A stretch of DNA of 48,031 nucleotides, the filler included, from Sphacelaria rigidula (lineage: Eukaryota), in NCBI GenBank assembly GCA_964200075.2. It is 2 parts of 2 records of this genome, joined end to end, with 100 filler letters (N's around TTAATTAATTAA, not from the genome) between each part and the next. Parts side by side here need not be neighbours in the genome. Positions count along the whole stretch, not along the records: positions 1 to 23,976 come from CAXNAA020000235.1; 1 more part is not named here. One strand, given 5' to 3'. A program made the translations under genes and the position numbers. The notes beneath the pieces were generated by a model. That model made no database searches and had not been told where the DNA came from. It worked only from the letters and a program-made list of their open reading frames with translations. Positions 1-11,200 of this stretch are shown here, one piece after another (within the stretch, counting starts at the first letter, position 1; each line of letters opens with the position of its first letter).

Positions 1-1028
1 TCAATGGTCAAACGACCAAGGCAAGCAACGAATGAGTACGCCCCCCCCACCCCGCCCCCCCTGGGAACCCCCGAATGTCCTTGGATTGTCAGCCTGTAAG
101 CTTTCTCCGAGGCGACGCTCGCTGTCTAAGGATTAACCGGCCCGGTAGGCGGGCGATGTGTTCAATCGGCATCGTTTACACTTGAACCTCCCGAATTCGT
201 ACGTATACTGACAGCTACAAGCCTCGAACTCATACTGAGGATAGCACTATCTCAACACTTTTTCGGTCACGGGAGATAACACTCACAAAGAATTTGGGAC
301 TGCGGATGACAACACCCCTTGAGAGCATCTTCTCCCAACCCGACAAATGCTCACCAAACAACTGCAATTATTTCAACATTGTCGGTCAATCAGAAATATG
401 GCATTTCAGCTCTGTGGAATCCGCCACAAACGGGTACAATTTCCCCCGGGTATACATACGCACACTGAGACTGTCAAGCATGGGCTTCGGATACTTGCAA
501 ACGAGAACAGATCCAGGTATACGTACCCCTGTGGCCTTCCACGCCAAGATCGGGTATGCTGCGGTTCCGGCCGATCACACGGCCGTCAAATCAGGTGCTG
601 GCATCACGGTACAGTCTACGCCTGTTTGTGGCGGAAACGGCATCCAGGTATACCTGAATCTGACGTTTACCGCTATCATGTTCTTCCTTCGTCCCCAGGA
701 GACAGATTGAAACAGTTACCGTGCACTTCGCTTTTTCTAGTTTCGTACAGCGTATTCGAGTGCGCTCCACCTCGCCGGCGCTTCGAACTCATCCCTCAAG
801 CTCAAATGTCAGTAATGGTCACTAAGACGGTCCGGTGTACGGGTAGGCACCAAGGTGGGGATGCCCCGCCCACCCAATCATCCTCATCGAGCAAAAATAC
901 TTGCAACGTCCCCAGGCTCAACTCTGTACACGAGTGACCCTCCCCATTCGGGCGTTGGTCCCCCTATGTCCGCCACTGTGCAAATAGTACTTGTACACTG
1001 AATCCAACTGTGGTATACTGTAGCGCAC

Positions 1029-4000
1029 CTGGGTGACAGCGTCCGTGTGGCAGTCCGAGTACGAGCCCAAAGCCGCCCCTGCCTTTCGAACATCGTAAAA
1101 CTCCACCGTGCAGCCCTTCCCTGCGGCGCAAAGGCGACCATCGTAGCCCAGCTGCAGAGGGAGGGCACATGCAACCACGAACAGACGGCGCCGACGTTCA
1201 GGGGAGGGGGGGTGGTTACGACACAACTGTTCTTGTCAAAAACATTTGTCATTGTTGATTTGCCTATGTATGCCAGTGTAGTCGCTCACACAATACCGCG
1301 GTCGCCGGTGTGTAATCGACGTCTGCACGCTGTACTTCATAGTACACCAGTACAGTGCCTTGATGGCGCACACTAAAGGAAGTAAACATCCGACGCCATT
1401 CAGTACTATACAGTATCGAAGACTTGTTGGAAACGACGATTAGGCCGACTCCAACGGCAGGCGATCTGGTCCTGTACTCGTGGCTTACACCCTGGCGGAC
1501 GCGGTAATGTGGAAGCGACTACAGTGTGGAGAGCGACCACGCCGTGAGTACACAAACTCCAACTTCACGGTCGACGAGGGAAGGGGCCGCCGGACTTTCT
1601 CGCCAAAAAAGCAAGATGGGTGCTAATATATATATATATATATACTGACCTTCTTCCTGCGTGACGCCGGCTGACAATACATCTACATATCCCAAAACGT
1701 GTAGCCTGGCGTCCAGAAGAGATGGGATGGCAGTACACACACACACACATCTGGACCAACCGTGCGAGATTATGGTTAATGCGACCATAAGATTTTGGCC
1801 ATATGACAGTGACACGGTTGGCCATGTCGAATACATCACCGATGCATATAAACGGTTACAGCCGAAAAAACAGTTCAATCGGCTCAAGATTTACCACAAT
1901 GTCTTTGATATGTGTACCAGGCCCTGCGGAAGCTACGCAGTACTCCTGCCTTTTCGCCGGCCGGGACAGAGTCCTACATGCCCTGGACTTGAGGGTGGTC
2001 ACCGGCACGCAGGCTGTAGCCATTTTGTCGTGCTCTGACGTGTCCAAGAACAAGCTGGACAAAAATATGACATGTTGTGTGTTGGTTGAAAGACCAACAA
2101 GGGCGCAACAACGCAGGAGGTATACACGACCCCGAACAGCACAACCAAACCGACGAAGCGTCAAGGCAGGGACTCGGCGTTGAAGTCCAGCACCAAGAAA
2201 AAATAACGTGTACACGCAAGAGCTGCTGAAGTGTGGGGGTGCCCAATATTTGCCACAAAGAACATTAGAGGCTTCTTGTCAAGCTCGTGACGTTCGTCCC
2301 CCTCAGCATACCGAATTCTAATGGGGATGTGAGGGATATCTACTACGAGTACCGATCAGTGGTCTAGCGGCGAAAACGCTGCAAAACGAGCATCCCACCC
2401 CCGTCCGCTCAGCCGACGGCAACTGTCCGCCCTCCTCGGTCCATCGTTGCGTGAATGACGAGTATGTTGGTGCATGAACGTGAGATTTTTCGCATGCATT
2501 CACAGTGAGTATTCCGAACGGGCAGACCAATTGATGCATTTCTCCCCGACGCGCCTTCGTCCTTCCCTCGAGCCGCCCCTTCACCTGTCTGATGCGGTCC
2601 CACCGTGTGCCTTCTCAGGTTTAGGGCACTCCGACAAAGCTCCTGCCGTGGAGAGGATGAGATCTGCTCGCCCCCATGCAGAATATCTAGACCCGTACTA
2701 CATAGCGCACTGTCACGCCATCGACTACGCGGTGGGGGCACACCGGCGACCTCCTCAGCCCATTGCAAACGGCGGGTACCCAGCAGCGGGGACTACCATG
2801 CGGCCAAGGTGCGTACTAAATGAACCGATCCTGACATTGAGCTGTTGGTGCTTGCATACGGCGACCCCGACACCGTGGAATTTTGACAGCGCATGAGCAA
2901 CGAGGACAAACGGGCAAGCTCCAGAAGTGCGACACGAAGTTCCATCCGACGTCAGCGTAAGCCTCGGCAAAACAATAAACTTTGGTGCAGAATGACTTGA
3001 CCAGCGGTACTTTGAACAGAGGACTACTCGAGAAAAACAAATTACTTGGCTCTTGATCGTCACGCGCGGGGGCCCTGAGCGACCTCACGCTGACGGCTGT
3101 CGCCGGAGTTGTAGGGCACGTTGGTCGGGATCGGGAGGAAGAGCTGCGACGGTGGCAGCCGGCGGGCGCGGGTCTGTGACGGCTACGGAACCTGGCATGG
3201 GCGCTGTGAGTGAGGGACAAGACAGGCCTGTCCAGGGACCCTGCGCCACAGCTGTTACAGGCCGGCGAGGTGGAGGGGGGATGGCTATCGGGGCGGGTAT
3301 AATGGGCGGTAGGGTAGGAGGACCCGTTCGGCAGTCTGCAGCGGCGGTGATGGCGTACGCGGCGAAATGCGCCGGTGTTGTTGACTGCGGGCTGAGCGAG
3401 GGGGGGGGAGGGTAGCCCAGCAGTCAAAGGTGGCAGTGATGAGTGAGCCGCAGGGGGGGTATGGCGGCGGCGGCAGCAGTAGAGGCGACAGAAGAGAGTG
3501 TTGTTAGCGGGCTGGCGGTGGCGTCCCGCCGGTGCAATTCGGCGATGCGTCAGGCGGGTGGGTGGGGGGTAACCGGGATGCCGCCCGTGGGGGCCCCGCG
3601 GACATATCTTCTGGCCCGGCATGACGCGGGTGTTGGCGCCAGCACGGAGGCTCGCGGAGCGGCTCCATCGTCGTATCTTGCAGCAGTGACAGGCCGCGAG
3701 AGGCTGGGGACAGCGGCGGCAGCAGAAGCATACCTGACAAAGGCGGCTCTCCCCCTCCCTTCTAGTCGTGACTCGCAACCCCATTTGTTGTGGTGGCGTC
3801 ATGGTAGTGGGCTTGACCGTAGCATCCACAGATATGTTTCCAGTCCACATCATCCACTCCCAGAGTTTTTCTGGGAAGCATGTGAAGAAGGGACTCGTGG
3901 CTTCCATCGATGCTGATCAGTGGATGCTTGTACTCCTGGTATGCCCTCCGGGTTTGTTACGGCGCAGGGCTCAGACGCAGTGCAAGTCACTATAAACCGC

Positions 4001-7000
4001 ATTGTGAATGGCGGCCCTTGGTACACACTGGTGAACATAGTATACAACGGGATTGAAAATCCGAGGGATGGGAGCGAGAGTGCTTGGCCACACCACGGGC
4101 AGTATCCTTGACTGACGCAATCTCTGAGGGTGGGGCTGTTCGTTTCAACCCACCTGTTGACTAGATGCGACCTCCTCACCACATGTAACCGGGACCCCTT
4201 CCCTCAAGATTCGGGATTTTGTTCTGAAGGCCCTGCGAGCGCCGCATTCTGTTTACAAGACCGATACCGGTGGCCGAAGAGGGTACCCGGAGGGTGTATG
4301 TCGAGGAGGGTAAACGGCTGCTGGCTACTTTCTTTTTTCTCGACGTACGAAATGCTTTTGCGCAAGTCGCCGCGGACCCGGGACTTCTGTTCATCAAGTC
4401 CCGGCAGCACACGGAGTCGTACGTGAACAAAATCCACTTGTGTATCACCACAGAACATGCCTTCGCGCTGCTGTCCCGACTTGGACGCCCGCAGGAAGCA
4501 CGTGGGTGAGTCTGACGGTGTATTCGAATACTGGGGAGGAGGGCGACTCTCGGGACCAGATTCCCGCAATGAACTTCAACGGGCGCGGGTGGGGCGTTGA
4601 ACTGGAAAAGAGGATTCACCACAAGGGTGGTGAAAAAACCTCCGTTTCCCATGCTCAGAAGCTCCGCCGAATCGACGTCATCTGCGATCACGTGTACGAG
4701 ACGACCGGGAATGTCCTCGACCGACCAGTTATTTTTTTCTGACACTTTCTTGCCCCTGAGAAAGGGGCGAAATACGGCCATTTTGGGAGCGACTGATTTT
4801 TTTTGCGGCCGTTCGTCCACACAATTCAACAGCGAGCGGCAAAAAAAGAAAAAGAAGCCTCCAACTAAAAAAACAGCCGAGAAATCAAAATAAACTTGAA
4901 AATCAGATCGGACACGGGTAAGGGCTCGTACAAACATAACCGACTAGACACAGAGGATATACGTATGACTTTTGTACGGGAGAAGATACCAGGAAGACTA
5001 AAGCCAACTGGACGTGGCGCTCTTACCGCCTGCTCATTCCGGATACCAGCGACGACCTGCCACGCCGTTACACCGCATCTCGCATGTTTCAACATCCCCC
5101 CCACAGCTGGCTATATCTCGATCAACACAGCAGTTACAGAGACATATCAATCTGCTCTCTGTATAGGTGAGACGCATGCCTACCAGTCCTCCAGTTCTGG
5201 CAGCTCATGCCCTTGCTGCAGATAAACACACCGAGGTAAAGTGAGAGCCATCTACTACAAAAATGGACCTATTCCGAGAAGTGGTTGGTGCACTTTTGGT
5301 CTTGACCGATGGCTAGTAGCTACTTGTACCTGTTTGTAGAGCGTGCAGTGCCAGAAATCGTTGACCGCGTGTCGGACGGGCATATTGGAAAATAACTTTT
5401 TGGCGATCAACATCTGTCGGCGCTCCTTTGAAAGAGGTATCCTTCGCTGGTTTATGCGCTGTACTCGGTGGGATCAAGCTAGACATCGTTGAGGATATGT
5501 GCTTCGGAGACGCCCTGCAGCGGCATATCAGCATCAATGTGACTTTGTGCTTCGTTCATTTCTTGGCCTACGTCGCGTCTTGTTTTTGGGCCGGTGGTGA
5601 AAAACGTAGCACAAAATCAGGCGCAACACTTGCTGTGTTTTCAGGTGATCTCGGACCTCACTCACGGGTGAGTGGGGTGTCCGTGACATTCTAGATCGAT
5701 ACCATCCGTCGTAAAAGTTTGTCTTACTGGCGGCAGAGTTTGTCTCAGTTCGACTCCAAATAAGGGCATGTCTTCGCAGTTTGTTTATCGATCGAAAAAG
5801 TGGGGCGGTGGAATCGATTTGAGCGAATTTTTCTCGTTTTGATGCAGTTGGGTTCCGATGGATTTTCAAGCTTTCAATCGGAAAAATATAGTAAAATTCG
5901 TGAAACGGCACATGGAAGATGCGCAAGTTTTCGCCAACAAAAATAAACAAAGCACACCCAACTGCTGCAGTGTATCTATCCCTGGGCTCAACTCGTGCTC
6001 CATGCTGCAGGGTTGCGGTGGTAGCGGAGAAGGAGTTAGTTGGATGGGGTTTGCATGGTCCTGAGAACGGGTGTTTTCTCTGGCGTGGTGGTCCGTAAGA
6101 CAGGAGTCAAGCGCCGCTTCGTGCCTTTTGACCGCATGTTTCTGATCGAAAACGATTGTTTCTTACCTCGATGCACTCTTCTCCGCGCGCCGCTGATCAT
6201 AATTTTGAGTTGAAGCCTTTGGGGAACATGAATGCGGTGGATCTATCAGATCGGCGAAAAAAATTCGACCGCATTTTTTTTATCGGAAAAAAATGTGCTA
6301 AGGGCCTGTCTGAGCACATTAGTTTTCGATTGAAATTGTGCGGTGGAAAGCAATAATCCTGATCCGATAGGTCGTAGTTTCAACCATCTTCGTTAATTTT
6401 GAATATGGTTGAAATCAGGGGTGTCAGATCGGGATTTTTGCCTTACACCGCACGATTTCGATCGAAAACTCATGTTCCAAGACAGGCCCGAAGGTCGTGT
6501 CTCATCAAAATGTTTGCGTGTCGAAAACGTGCGGTCGAGTCGAATTCGCTCGTTTCTGATTCACCCACGATATTTATTTTCTCAGATGGTTGAGAACATG
6601 GATGCCGTGGACGCATCAGGTAAGAGCAAATTCGATTCCACCGTATATTTTCGAGTCGAAAATTATTTGATAAGAAACGGCCTAAGGCACACCTTAACCC
6701 AACGTTGATTTTCCTTTATTTGAGTGAGAACACTAACATCAGGATCTTGTGCGGCTGACAGTCTCGACTGTTCCGCAGAAACGCTCTAGGCCAAATCGGC
6801 GCCTCATGCACCGAGTTGAGGCTGCCAACGCACACACTGTCTATGACACCCTGTACAACCTACTTGCCCGAGGGTTTGGTACGCCTTGGGTTGGGGTTAG
6901 GTGGCGTTATTTCGAAAATGTGTCAACCATGAAAAATTTGGAGGCGAACTGGGACAAACCCACCGCCTCACTGGTCACCACAGCACTGAACCGATACTGG

Positions 7001-7623
7001 TACTGTCTGTACCGTCTACTGTTGTGCCGTACAGACAACTTCATCTCAACAAAGATACGATCTGACGACGTCTACTTGCGACCACTCACGGCCATGCTCC
7101 ATATTTCCTCCCCCGACTGTCCGAAGCACATGGCACTCTTGCCCGACGTCCTTGTGTCCCAGCCCTTCACTGTGCCATCCTCTGATGCGGAGAACAGGGC
7201 GAATGGGTCACCAGGTGCGAAGGCTAGCTGGGTGATGGGTCCATCATGCCCTTGCCGCATCGCGTCCTGCTGGTAGCACAAGGTATCCCTGGCGTACAGC
7301 TTGACTTCGCGGCAGGACAGTGCCGCCGCTAGCTTGCTTCCATCGCAATTCCTTTCTATGTGCGTGACATATTCATACCCGTTCTCTTCTTCATCATTGT
7401 CGTTATCGCTATAAGTCTCCCCAGGCTGAGCCCCAGGTACCGTTTGCCAGAAGGGTGCTGGGTCCGTTACTGTGGTAGCTGGAGCAGCCGCCGCCCTGCT
7501 ACGTTCCACGGCCGTAATTACAGACTTCGTGAGCGAGAATTTGGGCAGCTGCGAGCCCGCTGATGGCAACGTTGAAGAGTTGCTGCGAAAACCCTTCTCC
7601 TCTTCCGGAAAATCCACCTCCAT
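1029..7623 (-). CDS. WDR89: WD40-repeat protein, WDR89-like (5' part only; exons 7623-7090 and 1151-1029; gene continues beyond the window start)
   Basis: Exon 1 (534 nt, ATG at 7623) ends ...GHDGPITQLAFAPGDPFALFSASEDGTVKGWDTR...EEIWSMA at a GTGAGT donor. Exon 2 (123 nt) follows a CTCTGCAG acceptor, reads LGYDGRLCAAGKGCTVEFYDVRKAGAALGSYSDCHTDAVTQ and ends at a GTGCGC donor. Both junctions are phase 0. The GH...WD repeat and the 'SY.D.H.D.VTQ' motif are typical of WDR89. I found no further exon in 1-1028. Confidence 0.82.
1547..1750 (-). repeat. Interspersed repeat homologous to the LINE 3' tail at 12140-12380 (also at 22190-22275)
   Basis: Shared blocks GTGAC(G/C)CCG.CTG...AA.GTGT(A/G)G.C.GGCGTCCAGA...GATGGGA and GGTCGACGAGGGAA, with an internal (TA)n tract. 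Confidence 0.7.
4735..4960. mobile_element. Diverged right arm of an element related to the Stowaway-like MITE at 46734-47511
   Basis: Aligns to 47290-47511 (GACAC.TT..T.CCC.TG..AA.G.GC.AAA.ACGGCCATTTT...GCCGTTCG...GATCGGACA....TAAGGGC.CGTACAAA...ACAGAGGA). No matching left arm was found. Confidence 0.6.
6302..6682. mobile_element. Tourist/PIF-Harbinger-like MITE with TAA target-site duplication
   Basis: TAA-GGGCCTGTCT ... AGAAACGGCC-TAA. Internal hairpin at 6320-6470. A shorter relative at ~45936-46100 shares AGTTTTCGAT..AAATTGTGCGGTGGAAAGCAA.AATCC.GATC.GATAGG. Confidence 0.65.
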
Positions 7624-8245
7624 CACGGTAGGCGGTATCTCGACGTGACAGGGTGTATCGGGTGAGTAGTGGTTCACCCAGCTTTGACCGCATTGTCTTG
7701 GTACATGACTACGGCATATAGATATGCGGAATTGCTTCGCATACTCTATTGTCATCCAAAGTGTGGGCGTAGCACCGCAGCTAGGGTCAGTTTGTATATG
7801 TTGTCTCGTCAGTCCTACGCCGCACGGTAGTAGATAAGCAGCTAGTTCAGCTGTAAACATTGGGCTTTGGAGAGCGCAGAGTTGAAATGTGACCGAGGGT
7901 AACGGGGAGGGCTGATAAAACACACACGCCAACACCTGGACCCGTTTTACCACTTCCGCCGTGTCCTCCCCGTCTGCCCCTTTCGGCAGCCGGAGCCCAC
8001 ATGCGGCTTGCCCGACGCGGCTAGCTGCAGTCGGTACAGCACAGTGCCATCCTCGACAATCCAGTTGTCGTTGACAACAACAGCAGCAGTGGCAATACCC
8101 GTTGCAGCCAGCTACCACCACAGTTGGCTCTATTCAGACGATAAGCGAAAATACAGCAAACATCCCTTCGCATCTAACTTTGTTCCAAGACTTGAAGGAT
8201 CAAATTCTAAAGCACAAGCCCCCGAAATACAAGGACAAGTCCATC
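7624..8245. promoter_or_regulatory. Putative bidirectional promoter / 5' UTR region between the WDR89-like and hydrolase genes
   Basis: Divergent start codons 622 bp apart. No specific promoter element was identified. Confidence 0.45.
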
Positions 8246-11200
8246 ATGACCAGGCGACGGCGGCCAGGTGCTGCGAGCAGCATACTGCTGGCCCTTTTGG
8301 CAGCAGCTGTTGTGTTACGATTAGCGCAGGGCTATGGCTGGTGCACAGAGTGCTGGAATTGGGATGGCCGGCGTCAAAACACGAGAGATGGGCTACGGTG
8401 GCCGGCGGGAGACGGAGCGGTGATAACATATATCAACGGCATATTTCACTCCGTTCCCGAGTGGGAGAAGATCACCGGAAAGTTGGAGGCGCTGTTTGGG
8501 CACGAGGTACGAAGTACTGTTGACAGCGGGGATGAGAATATTCCATCTCCCGAAGATGTGTGTTGGGCCCCGGGAAAACATGATCGGAAGTTGTTATGGT
8601 GGAGGAGAGGGTGTTGCATTGGTATCAAGACCCTCAGGCAGGCAACACGGAGAGTCGTGATATGGGCAAGCGATTTCGTGCTACTCGGTCCGATCGGCAA
8701 TCAGTTCCCTGGGAAGACGGTACAACGGCCAGCAGTTGCACAGCAGCAGGGGAGGGGGGGGAGGGGGGGGTACATGATCTTGCATGCCGTAGTCGCTAGG
8801 CCAAATTGAAAACTAGTAAAAGTAGGTGAGCAGGCCTCACGAGGGTGAAGGCAGGAATAAATGAACTTGATGTCCAAGTGGCATTTGCGGCTTTTAACCC
8901 CGTGGGTGAGATGTTCCTGTAGTTCCTATTATAATATCTTGGGCAAACGTCACAGTAGGGTATACCATGGTGCATTAGCGACAAACCTGGGTACCCTCTT
9001 TGAGTTGAGAAGAAATGAGAGCAGCTGATTGGTCAACGACCATTTTCACCCGGCGGCGGCGGTAGACGGCCACGGTTTACCCTGCTGTGACTACTTTGTT
9101 AATAGTGCGTATTTACACTAACTGAGAGCATTATCGGGATTTTTTTAGGAGTCATGCCCGCCGCTCCACCCGATTCTTTCGGCAAATTACGGATCTTTCA
9201 AGGGCCCTGCCAACTGCAGACAAAACTTGAAGTAAAGCTCATGTGGGCGAGGGTTGAGCAGGGGGATCGCCTGTTTTTTAGTATTTTAGTGTTTCGCAAG
9301 CGATAAGGTCGCCGTAGTCAACACCTGATGAAGAAGACACGACGGAGAAAGAACTAGATCAAGCATCCTATCACCATTACACGAGAGTATATACGTGGGA
9401 AATCTCTGAAGGTACCAGCTCAACGAACCCAAATCAATTTCATCGACTACAGCGCACAAACTGGCGATGGATGTCTCTCCGACGGCACCAACACACTACC
9501 AGCTACCGGTATTTGTACAAGCCCAGAATTCATTTTCCGTTCTGCCCTTCCGAAACGTCATGGCTGATAACATATGCTTTACGGAACCCGGCGCGATATC
9601 CTTCGCACATACGAGTCGCACGTTCTAGCAGCCATCGTGTTGGGCCAAAAATTGTGCTCATAAGCTCAGTAAATAGTGCAATATTCTTTGGTCGTGCTGT
9701 CGACCTTACTTTCCACTTTTATTTCACAAGAAGGGTATCCCACAACATCACTGCAAAACACAGGTCGTAGCCATGTGTCTTGGCTACACACCATGACTTT
9801 GAATTGTACTTCGTATGGAAGGGATAAGCCCCTTCGTAGGTTCTACAAGGCGTTGGTCTCTTCTTCAGCGGTTTGGTGCGGAGTACACACCGGGTTGTGT
9901 CGTGTGTGGGCGAGCCAGCTGGGCTGAATTTGCATAGCAAAGATGCCCCGCGTTTATCCGAGGAATGTTCCTTCAGGGGTATTCCTCCGAGGTATTCCTC
10001 TGAGGAATTCCAGGAACGGTTCTGCCTCTATCTGTGTAACCCCGGCCAGAACTACGGTTCTGGACGGCCATCTGACGTCACTCTACCTGTCAATCTATGG
10101 TGGCATTTACATTCGTATCAGTTAGTTATCTGTGGGCAGAAATATCGTCAACCATGTGCACGGTTTTTGAGCATACAAGATGCGGCCTAAACGACAACCA
10201 AAGCAACATGATGAGCTCCGCGGTTTCACCGCACATGGCTCTCTCTGTCGAATTCAAGCTCTCTGGGTCTCGTACTGCTTCATGTTGAGCTTGAGGCAGG
10301 CATCACGCCCTTCGCGTACCTGTTCGCGCTTCGAATTATGTCGACCAGGCTTGTCTTCGTGCTTGAAATCCAGGGTAACACTGTGCAGTCAGTGTTGGAT
10401 AGGGGCTGTGTACTAAGGCAAAATCTAGGTCGCTTCGACTTCCCAATATTCCGAAGTTTGTCCAACTCTTCGGTCGAGACTTTTCATTCACGGCATGAAT
10501 GAAATGCCGTCAAACGTCAAACGTCAAAGCATTCTCATGGATTCCTCATGTTCTGTAAATCGTGCATCATGCACATATGCTTTTTGTTCCAAAGAACTGT
10601 TACCATGTAGCGCAGGTGATTTCCACATTTGATATTAGAGAAATTTGGGAAACGCGTGATTCCTGCAGTAGAACTAAAAGGGTCGTGTATCCATGGTTGA
10701 CAACATGACTACTTGACTTGAGACCTGAGAAAGTTTTGAGAAAATTTATGGTTTGGGGGAGGTGAGCAGTGGACGCAACTCGTCCAGAACGTGTTTTTCT
10801 CGAAATCGGCGCCTGCGGCGTCGATTTCAGGTCTGCCAACGCACACCTTGCCTAGGGAAACGTATGCACCCCCCTTGCTCGAGGGTCTCGTACGCCTTGG
10901 GTCGGGGTTAGGATTAGGGTTAGCGTTATTGTTAGCTTGTTCGAAAAATCAACCATAGATATACGCCCAAAACTTCAGGTCGCCTCGATTTCTGTCAGTC
11001 TTCCCGTAAACAGTTATTGTGTTAACGGGATGAAACATCCGTGAATCCTCCGCAAAGTATCATGAGAGTAACTTGACATGACATGGCTCTTTCCGACGTG
11101 CTGCTTGGCTTGAATCGATCGCATGTTCCCACCTGTTCTCAGGCCGTGTCTATAGGCCACCTGAGCATACCTGTACAGGTATGGTGAACAGCGCACAGAG

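Noticed and set aside
2816..3907. 363-aa minus-strand ORF
   Set aside because: Arg/Pro/Cys-rich translation typical of GC-rich non-coding or shadow frames, with no domain motifs; it lies inside the WDR89 intron.
4325..4370. FLDVRNAF resembles a non-LTR reverse transcriptase motif
   Set aside because: No neighbouring RT motifs (QG, YxDD) are visible, so the match may be chance.
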